Below are positions 47,268-55,774 of a DNA stretch of 64,000 nucleotides, piece by piece. Under the pieces are notes generated by a model. The model worked only from the letters and a program-made list of their open reading frames with translations. It was not told the DNA's origin and ran no database searches. The stretch comes from Longimicrobiales bacterium. Its GTDB lineage: Bacteria > Gemmatimonadota > Gemmatimonadetes > Longimicrobiales > Gaopeijiaceae. How positions within the stretch are numbered: position 1 is the stretch's first letter; every line of letters begins with the position of its first letter. The stretch spans positions 1,248,001-1,312,000 of the forward strand of contig CBDFMQ010000002.1 in assembly GCA_965249725.1 (NCBI GenBank), written 5' to 3'. A program made the translations under genes and the position numbers.

Positions 47268-47879
47268 CTAGTGGCCGTGTCCCTCTTCGGCGTCTCCCTT
47301 GAAGGAGAACATGATGTGCGCCGAAGGCTTGCCGGGGAACATGATCCACGGGCCGCCCTGGTTGGGCTCAGGGCTCAGTCCGGTGCTCTCCGCAGTCGCC
47401 AACGGGATGTAGGCCGCGTGCACGTGCTGCGCGTCTTCCATATGCAGATTGTGTGCATCGAAGTGGTCCGGCTGTCCCCAGAGGTTATAGACCATGGCCG
47501 CACCGTCCGGCATGGGAATCTTGCCCTCGTCGACCTCGGCCCAGCGCCGCATCTGACGCTCTTGGCCCTTCAAGCCCATGGCCGAAAGCTCACGACCACG
47601 CTGCATGAACGGCTCCAGGGACACATGGTAGCAGGCCGAAGCAAAGCCCTCGTCGCCGGGCTTGTCGGCCAGGCAGATCAACTCGTTGGTCCCCTCACGC
47701 ACGGTCCATAGGGCCCCGTCCTCGCCGTAGGCGCGAACCTCGGCCCCCGCCCTGAACCCCTCGGGCGCAGCTGCCACCGCTTGAGCGATAAGGACGTCGT
47801 TTGAGGCTCCCTGGGCCTGGACTCGGGCCGGGATCAAGACCAACACACCCAGGGTGAGAAGTGCAATCCCATTCTTCAT
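47268..47879 (-). CDS. Secreted hypothetical protein
   Basis: Signal peptide from ATG 47879; REGTNELICLAD, ACYH, PWIMFPG...AHIM. Confidence 0.7.
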   Translation of the reverse strand: MKNGIALLTLGVLVLIPARVQAQGASNDVLIAQAVAAAPEGFRAGAEVRAYGEDGALWTVREGTNELICLADKPGDEGFASACYHVSLEPFMQRGRELSAMGLKGQERQMRRWAEVDEGKIPMPDGAAMVYNLWGQPDHFDAHNLHMEDAQHVHAAYIPLATAESTGLSPEPNQGGPWIMFPGKPSAHIMFSFKGDAEEGHGH

Positions 47880-47979
47880 GATACTCTCCGGTAGTCGAAC
47901 TCGGTTTGACTGCCAATCGAGTTCGTTCCGCCTACCGTTCGAACTCGTCTTGCCTGTCCGCAAACTAGCACAACCGACG

Positions 47980-48564
47980 TCAGGCTTCACTCCCCCACGG
48001 CCGGATGAAGTCCTCGGGATCGATCCCGAGACCATCTGCGATTCGCGTGATGTAGTTGAAGTACGCCACGACCTGCGTGGCGTCGTGAATCGCCACGTCG
48101 TCGAAGCCCAAGGATCTCAGTTGGTCGAGGTGTGCGGGCGTTACGCTGCCCTGCTGTCGGGTCAGCCGGATCGCATGGGCGCAGAGTGCTCGGTCGGCCT
48201 CCGAGAGCGCCGCGGTGGTCCAGTCCCGGGCCACGGCGTGCACGAAGGCATCGGCCTCCTCATCGGTCTCGAACATCGTCTGGACCTCTTCCCGGAGGTC
48301 GTGCGCGTGCGCTTGCGTTCAGTACCGACAGCCAAGTTCGGCCGAGACCACGGTTGCGAGCATCTCTCGTTGAACACGAGACAGCGGAGACGCCCCCATC
48401 ATGACTGCCCCGTAGAGCCGCATGCTGGCGTCCAGAGTGGGAGGGGTAGGACTCATGATCCGGATGATGTTCCACACACGTCCCGCCCGTTTCAGAGCCG
48501 CATCGTACTGCCTCTTGAGGATTCCGGTTGCCTCTGCAATCGGCGTGAGTCGGATCCAAGCCAT
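47980..48564 (-). CDS. AhpD/CMD-family peroxidase-like protein, probable selenoprotein (UGA=Sec at 48321-48319)
   Basis: ORFs 48319-48564 and 47980-48276 are in frame, separated by one TGA plus 14 sense codons: REMLATVVSAELGCRY-U-TQAHAHDL...YFNYITRIADGLG; 194 aa joined. Confidence 0.85.
48283..48300 (-). promoter_or_regulatory. Candidate bacterial SECIS hairpin
   Basis: GACCTC-CGGGAA-GAGGTC beginning 18 nt after the in-frame TGA; G-rich apical loop. Confidence 0.6.
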
Positions 48565-48574
48565 GTCGCTCGCT

Positions 48575-49174
48575 CTAGTCGGAGGGAAATCCGGCAGAGG
48601 CCATGACGCCCTCCGCTTGCTTCAGGTGACGCTTCCCGTGCTCCACTAGGAGGCGCAGCGCGTCCCCCAGTCGGAAGCGCAGCAATCCACTAGCCGGAGA
48701 CGATACCTTGGCCTTGGTGAGATCCAAGGCGCGGCAGCGTTCGATCACGGACACGATCGTGCGCTGCTGCTCGACGAACCGGTGTACGATTCCCGGCTCC
48801 GCGGGCTCACCAGGGCCTAGAGGGGCGGGCTTGAACAATCCCGGTGCCTTCATACGGAGGGTCGAGTCCGGTCCCAGCGATCGTATGAACCGATTCGCCA
48901 GAGGCCCGCTCTCGAACCCTGCATCCGGGTCCGAGGAAGCGACCGATCGCCCCGGGGTCCGATCGATACTCTCGAGGTAGAGCCCATGGGTGGTCAGAAG
49001 ATGGTCCAGGCACTCGGCCACGCTCCACGACTTGGGCGCCGGTCGCCATCCGAGCTGAGCCGGCGAAAGACCCGCGAAACGCTCGGTCGCCCGCTCCGCG
49101 AGCACCTCGCTCTCCTCGGAGAGGGCCGTGAGGTACTCCGACGCCGAATCCCACCTGCGCACTATCTGCCCCAT
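48575..49174 (-). CDS. DinB-family protein
   Basis: WRPAPKSWSVAECLDHL, MKAP, EHGKRHLKQ; start ATG 49174. Confidence 0.87.
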   Translation of the reverse strand: MGQIVRRWDSASEYLTALSEESEVLAERATERFAGLSPAQLGWRPAPKSWSVAECLDHLLTTHGLYLESIDRTPGRSVASSDPDAGFESGPLANRFIRSLGPDSTLRMKAPGLFKPAPLGPGEPAEPGIVHRFVEQQRTIVSVIERCRALDLTKAKVSSPASGLLRFRLGDALRLLVEHGKRHLKQAEGVMASAGFPSD

Positions 49175-49470
49175 CGCCACATCTCCGGTCCCTGGCCACT
49201 CAGCGCCGTCGCTTGGTGCCGGTAGTATCCGTACAGGAGCACCGACCCGGACAGCACGACGTTCACCAGTGACATCTGGTCGAAGGGTCCCTCGAGTGCA
49301 CCGCTCATGATGGCCTCCGGTATGTTCCAGATGGGCAAGAGGATGGAGAGCATGAGAAGCAGAAGGTTCGCGGCGAACGCGAGGTCGGCCACGACGAAGA
49401 TCGGTGTGGCGAGCAGGTAGACCCCGATGAAGCCTGCGTGCCCTTCCAGGGTGCATGCCCGGTCGATCAA
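49162..49470 (-). CDS. Short hypothetical membrane protein (possibly internally deleted)
   Basis: Hydrophobic ORF filling the HAD-DinB gap; candidate TTG 49470 overlaps the HAD stop. Confidence 0.45.
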   Translation of the reverse strand: MIDRACTLEGHAGFIGVYLLATPIFVVADLAFAANLLLLMLSILLPIWNIPEAIMSGALEGPFDQMSLVNVVLSGSVLLYGYYRHQATALSGQGPEMWRWGR

Positions 49471-50174
49471 GCGAGCCCCATGAGCCCGGTCAGCGTCTCG
49501 AGGTCCGGAACCTCGAGGTCCGGCTCCGCGCTGGCGGGCGCAGTCGCCCCCGCCCCCGTCTTTCCGGCCCGCCGATTCACCCACACACACGAGAGTCCGA
49601 GTTCACGAGCGGGACCGATGTCGTGATAGAGACTCTGCGCCACGTGTAGGATCCCCTCCGGGCCGTGACCCAACCGGTCGAACGCAACCGAGAAATTCTC
49701 GTGCGACGGCTTGTACGCACCCACCTGCTGCGCCGTGACCACTTCATCGAAGTCCACACCGAGCTTCCCGGCACTGTGCTCGAAGAGGTCGTCGTCGATA
49801 TTCGAGATAACGGCGAGTCGGTACCGACTCTTCAATGTCGCGAGAACTTCGACCGTGTCGGGGAATGGAATCCAATCCCTGATCGACTCGGCAAGGGAAT
49901 CACGCTCTGTCGCGGAAGGAGTGAAGCCGAGCGCGTCTCCGAAGCCCTCTACGACCTCGCCCAAGATCTCCCGGTAGGGACGATACCCCTCAGCCTCCAC
50001 CGACGACTCGATCCTGCCGAAGAGCGCCAAGACCTTCTCGTCGTCTCTCGTAACGCCATGATCGACCAGGATGGACTGGAGTGCCGCGAGGATTCCGGAC
50101 TCCCAATCGATTAGAGTGCCGTAGCAGTCGAAGGTGATGCAGTCGAACGCTTCGAAGTTCATGGTCGAGATCAC
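49467..50174 (-). CDS. Haloacid dehalogenase type II-like hydrolase
   Basis: TFDCYGTLIDWE, ISN, YKP, HVAQSLYHD. Confidence 0.92.
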   Translation of the reverse strand: MISTMNFEAFDCITFDCYGTLIDWESGILAALQSILVDHGVTRDDEKVLALFGRIESSVEAEGYRPYREILGEVVEGFGDALGFTPSATERDSLAESIRDWIPFPDTVEVLATLKSRYRLAVISNIDDDLFEHSAGKLGVDFDEVVTAQQVGAYKPSHENFSVAFDRLGHGPEGILHVAQSLYHDIGPARELGLSCVWVNRRAGKTGAGATAPASAEPDLEVPDLETLTGLMGLA

Positions 50175-50416
50175 CGTTTCCGGAATCGCTCAACGATGAT
50201 CCCGATCATCGGACCGATGAGGCCACCCACGGTCGCGCCAATCACAGTCATGACTGCCATGGGATTGAGGTGCTGGACCGCAAGTCCGCCGCTGGCCACC
50301 GATCGGTATAGGCTCATGGCGGCGAAGAGTCCGCCGACCGCCGCCGCGCCTATGAGTGTCCAACGAAGCGTGGGGCTGGATCGGGGACCCGTTCCCAGCT
50401 CCGGAGGTGGGCTCAT
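50171..50416 (-). CDS. Small 2-TM protein (81 aa)
   Basis: ATG 50416 overlaps the SulP stop; stop overlaps the HAD start; glycine-rich TMs. Confidence 0.65.
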   Translation of the reverse strand: MSPPPELGTGPRSSPTLRWTLIGAAAVGGLFAAMSLYRSVASGGLAVQHLNPMAVMTVIGATVGGLIGPMIGIIVERFRKR

Positions 50417-51933
50417 TCCTCGACCTCCTCGGTTGGATGCCAGTCGAGCACACCCTGGAGAATGCGCTCGGCGTGTTCGGGTACGCCGACCAACTCCACC
50501 TCGAATCCTCCCTGCTTCGCCTCGTCCATGACTTCCTTCAGCGCCAGGGCCCCGGTCAGATCGATGCGCCCGAGCCCACCGAGATGCAGGACCAGTCGAT
50601 CGGCCTCCCGGGCCTCGGAGAGGCGCTCCGAGGCTATCTGCTCGAGGTAGGCCGCCGATCCGAACCACAGCACTCCCTGAGGCTTCAGATGGACACCCCG
50701 TTCGTCGGTCCACGATTCCACGCCCGGCCTCAACTCCCGCCAAATATGGACCGCAACGCCCGCCAAGATCCCCAGCACGACGGCCTGCTCGATGTGCGGC
50801 GCGAGCGATAGGGTGAAGACAAGCGTTATCCACCCCACGCCCGCCTGAGCGCGAGAGATCCTCCAGAGCGAGGCCAGGAGTCCCAGACGGATGAGCGGAG
50901 CCACTGCCGCGATCACGATGGCTGCGAGAATCGCCCGCGGCAGCGGAGCGAGGATCTGGGCGAACGGCAGGAAGCTGAGTACCGCGATACCCGTGACGGC
51001 ACCGCTCCATCGGGTGCGGGCTCCCGACAGATAGTTGAGGCTGCTCCGCGAGAACGACCCACCTACGGGGAATCCTCCGAACAGGCCAGCCGCTACGTTG
51101 GCGGCTCCCTGGCTGATGAACTCGCGATCAGGACTCCAGGGCATCCGCTCCTTGGTAGCATAGACCCGCGAGATCGAAGCCGCCTCGGCGAAGCCAACCA
51201 GGGCGATCACGAAGCCGGGGAGGATCAGCACCGGCAGGCTCACCCACGGGAGGTCGATGTCCAGTGGCGGCAGACCTACTCGAATATCACCGACGGTCGG
51301 GCCTCCGTATCCAGTCGCGACCGAGAACGCGAGGCCCACCACAGTGGCTATGAGCACGCCGGGCATCAGCGGGTGAACGCGCCGTCCCCCGATGATCACC
51401 GCCACCGTGACGACACCGAGCACAAGGGACGCTGCCTCCCATGAGCCCGGATGTGCCAGGGTCCAGAGCGCTCCCTGAAGCACGCCGTCATTCGCGGCTG
51501 TGACCCCCGCCAGTCCGGGAAGCTGCGAACTGATGATCAGGATCGCTGCGCCGGAGGTGAAGCCGTCGAGCATGGGCCTGGACATCATGTACGAGATCCA
51601 ACCGGTCTTGAGGGCCCCCACCAAAACGCGTGCCGCACCCACGACCAGAGCCAATAGCGCCGCCAGCTTCACATACTCGATCGACCCTGGGACGGCCATC
51701 GGCACGAGCGCCCCCAACGTGAGAAGGGCAGTCAAGGCGACCGGGCCCGTCTGTAGGTAGGGGGAGGACGCGAAGCAGGCCGCCGCGATCGGCGCCACAG
51801 CCGCTGCGAAGAGCCCATGCTGGCTGGGGAGGCCCGCCAACTCGGCGTAGGCCATGGCCTGTGGGATCAGCACGAGAGCCACGCCGACGCCGGCCACGAA
51901 GTCCCTCGCAGACGGGCGTTGAGCTTCCGTCAT
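50413..51933 (-). CDS. SulP-family anion permease with STAS domain
   Basis: DFVAG...IPQAMAYAELAGLP, GPVA, GGSFSRS, C-terminal LWFG...IDLTG; ATG 51933 overlaps upstream stop. Confidence 0.93.
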   Translation of the reverse strand: MTEAQRPSARDFVAGVGVALVLIPQAMAYAELAGLPSQHGLFAAAVAPIAAACFASSPYLQTGPVALTALLTLGALVPMAVPGSIEYVKLAALLALVVGAARVLVGALKTGWISYMMSRPMLDGFTSGAAILIISSQLPGLAGVTAANDGVLQGALWTLAHPGSWEAASLVLGVVTVAVIIGGRRVHPLMPGVLIATVVGLAFSVATGYGGPTVGDIRVGLPPLDIDLPWVSLPVLILPGFVIALVGFAEAASISRVYATKERMPWSPDREFISQGAANVAAGLFGGFPVGGSFSRSSLNYLSGARTRWSGAVTGIAVLSFLPFAQILAPLPRAILAAIVIAAVAPLIRLGLLASLWRISRAQAGVGWITLVFTLSLAPHIEQAVVLGILAGVAVHIWRELRPGVESWTDERGVHLKPQGVLWFGSAAYLEQIASERLSEAREADRLVLHLGGLGRIDLTGALALKEVMDEAKQGGFEVELVGVPEHAERILQGVLDWHPTEEVEE

Positions 51934-52799
51934 GCCATCATCCCCACCAGGGCCTCCTCTGCGAGGGCGGCCAACAGATCGGCGGTGCCGTTCGCCCGAC
52001 CGACCCAGTGCTCGCGGATCGGGCCCAATCCCTCGAGGCGTGTCTCTTGCTCCACCGCCCGCAAGCGAGCTTCCCGGCCCAACCACGAGAGCACCCCGCC
52101 CGGGTCCTGCGAAATGAGTCCCTTGAGGACAAAGGCTCGCTCGCCGGAGCGTAGGCCCAGCTCCAGATCGTCGGCGCAGCGGGCGAGATCGCATCGAAGG
52201 AGGATGAGGCCACTCCGTACCGGAGGCAGAAGCGAGGCCAGGAAGGCCTCGGCCCCCTCCCTTCTCGGATCCGTGATGCCTTCGGCATCCACGAGATGTC
52301 GCGGCGTGACGTCCAGAGCGCCGAGGTCGGCGACCTCGGATCTCAACACGTCCTGGAGCAGCGTGGCCCAAGGACCGTAAAACGGTCCACCCACCTCTTC
52401 CACACGCCGCAGGAAGAGCGGCACCCAGGGCAGTAGGTGTTCCCAGAGCAGCGCCGCCCTGCTGTTCCGTAGAAGCCGGGCCGCCGCCGCGTCGCTTTCC
52501 AGACCCTCGGCCTCGGCGAGGCTCGCCGCCAATCCGAGAAGCCCACTCAGATGATCGGGCTCGTCGGGAGCGTCCTGCCCGAGGGCTCTCCAGAATCCGG
52601 CCACTCGGTCCCGGGCTTCCCCCCCGAGCATGCCCTCGTTCCCGAGGTAGACGGACGCGTATGGTTGGAGCTGCATCAGGAAGACGTCGGCGTACGTCTC
52701 CCCACCCGGCGGTGCGGACAGTTCGAGCAGGTCGGCGAGCTTCCCGTGTTCCTCGGCTGGGGGCTCTGCCAGGGCGGCTAGCGCCCGGAGCAACTCCAC
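51930..52799 (-). CDS. TorD/DmsD-family molybdoenzyme chaperone
   Basis: PYASVY, EPDHL, EHLLPW; start GTG 52799. Confidence 0.88.
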   Translation of the reverse strand: MELLRALAALAEPPAEEHGKLADLLELSAPPGGETYADVFLMQLQPYASVYLGNEGMLGGEARDRVAGFWRALGQDAPDEPDHLSGLLGLAASLAEAEGLESDAAAARLLRNSRAALLWEHLLPWVPLFLRRVEEVGGPFYGPWATLLQDVLRSEVADLGALDVTPRHLVDAEGITDPRREGAEAFLASLLPPVRSGLILLRCDLARCADDLELGLRSGERAFVLKGLISQDPGGVLSWLGREARLRAVEQETRLEGLGPIREHWVGRANGTADLLAALAEEALVGMMA

Positions 52800-52827
52800 G
52801 TGCGCTCCTCGGTAGGGGTCAGATCGA

Positions 52828-55743
52828 TCATGTCCCGTCGTCGGCCTCACGTCGATGCAACTGATACGCCTCCGGCTGAGGGCGCACAGGTCGGTCGAAC
52901 CACTCCGGCCGACGTGTACCATCCGGGCTGACCTGGTCGGCCGGGCGGGTCAGGTCGAGCCACTCTCTGAATATCTCACGAGACCTCGTGGTGTCGACCC
53001 GAATGTCTCCGGCGCTCTCTCCAGGGTCGGCCTTTTGGACCCGGACCGCCTGGTGCCAACAGTGCATCCCCGAAATCGGATCGGGATGGACCGGGAATGT
53101 GAGATTCTGATTCACACCGACGTCAGCCCACCAGATTCGGCCCGTATCTGGATCAGCCGAGTCGTACGCGCCTCCACCCGTAATCCGGCGCATGAACCAC
53201 TCGTTGCCCGACTGGTTCAACGACACGGCAGCCGACACCTGACGCTGCCCCTCGGGTTGAATCTTCCACCGCCCCATGTGGTGGCTGCACGCCACCACCC
53301 CCGGCTTGATGGCCTCAGTGACCCACGCCTTGAGCACGAAGTGCCCCAGGTCCGTCTCGACCCGCATGAGATCGCCGGTCGCAACTCCGTGAGGAGCCGC
53401 ATCGTTGGGGTGGATCCAGAGGGGGTTGGTGTGGGCGATCTCGTCGAGCCACTTCGAGTTGCCGCTCCTGGTGTGGATCTGCACGGGCACCCTGAAGGTG
53501 GGCAGAAGGACCATCTGATCGCTCGCCAAGTTCTGGCGGTGAATGTGGCTCTTGATGTACCCGGGAAGGGCCAACTCCGGCCAACCCCACGCCTCCAGGG
53601 TGGTCGAGAAGAACTCGAGACGCCCCGATGGCGTCGGGAAGCCGCGCCGCACGGAATCGTCCAGCATGATCCCGACGCATCGGCGCTCCTCATCGTCGTC
53701 TGAGGCCTTCGGCGCAGACACCGTATGAGGCGTCGAAGGCTTGTCAGCCCGGCTGAACACTCTGCCGAGCTCATCGGTACCGATCCCCTCCAACTCGGCT
53801 TCCGGCACCTCTTCCTCGTAGAGCGCCCCCACCTTCCGTCGCACCTCGAACGCTCCGTAACGCCGCATGTACTCCAGTGGGGTCAGGCCTTCCTTGGCCG
53901 CGGACTCGGGGAGACCCGGGACCGAGTGATCGAACATCCACCCGTAGTATTCGTCTACCGAAAGGGGCTTCCCCGGCTCCTTCTTCGACTCGAAGTACTG
54001 TCGTATCCCGAGCGTGCCATCGGGGTCGATGCGCCAGGAGAGCTCCATCCAGAACTCGTTCTCCTCCCACACTTCTCCCGGATTGGCCTCGCGGGTGTCG
54101 TCGACATTCTCACCCAGCCGCTCCCTGGCTACGCGGAGCACGGGCTGCCGGAAGCCCACCCACTGGCCGTCGTACTGCTCGTAAGAGTGAACGTCGTGTC
54201 GCTCTGAGCCGAGGCCCATGGGCAGAATGTAGTCCGCGTACTGGGCGGTCTCGTTCCACGTCGGTGTGAGAGCCACGTGCATGCCGACGAGTGCCTCGTC
54301 CGTGAGCGCCTCGATCCAGGAGAAGCCGTCGGGATTCGTCCAGACCGGGTTGTAAACACGAGTGAAGTACGTGTCGAGCTTGCCCCTGCCCTCCAGAAGT
54401 AAGTGCGGGAGCAGGATGGACATCTCGTGGTACGACAGCGGGTACTCGCGGGGCCACAACAGCTCGTTCCACTCGGGGGGACCCGGGGGATTGTAGATGG
54501 GCTTGGGCGTGAACTTGTTCCACGCTGCGGGATGCGTCCCGCCCTCGGTGGCTACGGAGCCGGTAAGCGCACAAAGCATGTAGAGCGTACGCGCCACCTG
54601 CCATCCCCCGAGGTTGCCCGACGCGGCGCTACGCCAAGTGTGGACGGCGAGGCGGGTTCCCGCCTTGGCAACCGTTTCCGCAACTCCCTTGAGGGAGTCG
54701 GGATCAACCCCGGATTCGGCTGACGCGTATTCGAACGTGTACTCTGCGTACAGTTCCTTCAGCACGTTCTCGAAGTGCTCGAAGGTGGCCTCCTCCGTTG
54801 GATGCCTGGCCTGGAGGTACTCTCGCCAATTCCACCAACGCCGCACGAAATCCCGGTTGTACAGGTCGTTCTGAATGAGGTAGTTGGCGATTGCCAGGTT
54901 GATCGCGGCCTCGGAGCCCGGATAGGGTGCGACGTAGTGGTCGGCATGAGTCGCCGTGTTCGAAAGACGGGTGTCGAAGACGATGACCTTCGCCCCACGC
55001 TGGCGTGCTTCGATGATCCGCTGGGCATGCGGATTGAAGTAATGCCCGGCTTCGAGATGGCTCGAGATGAGGAATATGACGTCGGCGTGTGCGAAGTCCG
55101 GGCTGGGGCGGTCCGACCCTACCCACAAGTTGAAGCCGACCCTGGCCCCGGACGAACAGATGTTCGTGTGGGAGTTGTGCCCGTCCACGCCCCACGCAGC
55201 CAACACCTTGTTGGCGAACCCGGCTTCGCCCGGACGTCCTACATGGTACATGACCTCGTTGGCGCGTCCCGACTGCAGCGCCGCACGGATACGCTCGGCG
55301 AGCACATCGAGCGCCTCATCCCAGCTCACGCGTTCCCATTTTCCTTCACCCCGTCGACCCGCACGTTTGAGAGGGTGGAGAATGCGGTCCGGATCCGTGA
55401 CTTGGTTGAGCGTAGCCGGGCCCTTGCCGCAGTTGCGGCCCCTGGAGCCCGGATGCTCCGGATTCCCCTCGAATTTCCGTACTTCCAGGGTGTCCCGATC
55501 GACGTACGCAAGGAGGCCACACGCCGATTCGCAGTTGAAGCAGGTGGTGGGCACGAGCATGTATCGGCGCTCCACCCGGGCGGGCCAGGCGGACGAGTCC
55601 AGCTCCACCCAGTCGTTCCACCGCTCCTTGGGTGGGAAGGCGGAAAGGTGGACCCGGCTGGGACCCGGATAGAAGGTCTCACCACGCGCCTCAACCTCGG
55701 CCCGGGCCGCGGACACACGTTTGTTAAGTTTGTTTAAGTCCAT
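52828..55743 (-). CDS. Molybdopterin (bis-PGD) oxidoreductase catalytic subunit, no Tat signal
   Basis: TCFNCESACG...RNCGKG FS0 motif, RILHPLKR, SHTNICSS, TAQYADYILP, GFPTPSGRLEF, WIHPNDA. Confidence 0.92.
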   Translation of the reverse strand: MDLNKLNKRVSAARAEVEARGETFYPGPSRVHLSAFPPKERWNDWVELDSSAWPARVERRYMLVPTTCFNCESACGLLAYVDRDTLEVRKFEGNPEHPGSRGRNCGKGPATLNQVTDPDRILHPLKRAGRRGEGKWERVSWDEALDVLAERIRAALQSGRANEVMYHVGRPGEAGFANKVLAAWGVDGHNSHTNICSSGARVGFNLWVGSDRPSPDFAHADVIFLISSHLEAGHYFNPHAQRIIEARQRGAKVIVFDTRLSNTATHADHYVAPYPGSEAAINLAIANYLIQNDLYNRDFVRRWWNWREYLQARHPTEEATFEHFENVLKELYAEYTFEYASAESGVDPDSLKGVAETVAKAGTRLAVHTWRSAASGNLGGWQVARTLYMLCALTGSVATEGGTHPAAWNKFTPKPIYNPPGPPEWNELLWPREYPLSYHEMSILLPHLLLEGRGKLDTYFTRVYNPVWTNPDGFSWIEALTDEALVGMHVALTPTWNETAQYADYILPMGLGSERHDVHSYEQYDGQWVGFRQPVLRVARERLGENVDDTREANPGEVWEENEFWMELSWRIDPDGTLGIRQYFESKKEPGKPLSVDEYYGWMFDHSVPGLPESAAKEGLTPLEYMRRYGAFEVRRKVGALYEEEVPEAELEGIGTDELGRVFSRADKPSTPHTVSAPKASDDDEERRCVGIMLDDSVRRGFPTPSGRLEFFSTTLEAWGWPELALPGYIKSHIHRQNLASDQMVLLPTFRVPVQIHTRSGNSKWLDEIAHTNPLWIHPNDAAPHGVATGDLMRVETDLGHFVLKAWVTEAIKPGVVACSHHMGRWKIQPEGQRQVSAAVSLNQSGNEWFMRRITGGGAYDSADPDTGRIWWADVGVNQNLTFPVHPDPISGMHCWHQAVRVQKADPGESAGDIRVDTTRSREIFREWLDLTRPADQVSPDGTRRPEWFDRPVRPQPEAYQLHRREADDGT

Positions 55744-55748
55744 CTATC

Positions 55749-55773
55749 TAATTGCTTACACATCAATGGGTTA
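55749..55773. promoter_or_regulatory. 25-bp symmetric IHF-like motif between NrfD-fusion and Mo-subunit genes
   Basis: TAATTGCTTACACATCAATGGGTTA; right half CATCAA-N4-TTA is one mismatch from WATCAANNNNTTR. Confidence 0.5.
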
Positions 55774-55774
55774 G

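Noticed and set aside
48319..48321. Pseudogene or two separate small genes
   Set aside because: The stop falls exactly on the second Cys of CxxC, the frame continues with the expected His, and a hairpin follows; readthrough fits better, though not proven
52828..55743. Formate dehydrogenase, ArrA or PsrA call, or Sec in the Mo subunit
   Set aside because: No Tat signal, no Fdh-type (C/U)H motif and no in-frame TGA; a specific name is not supportable
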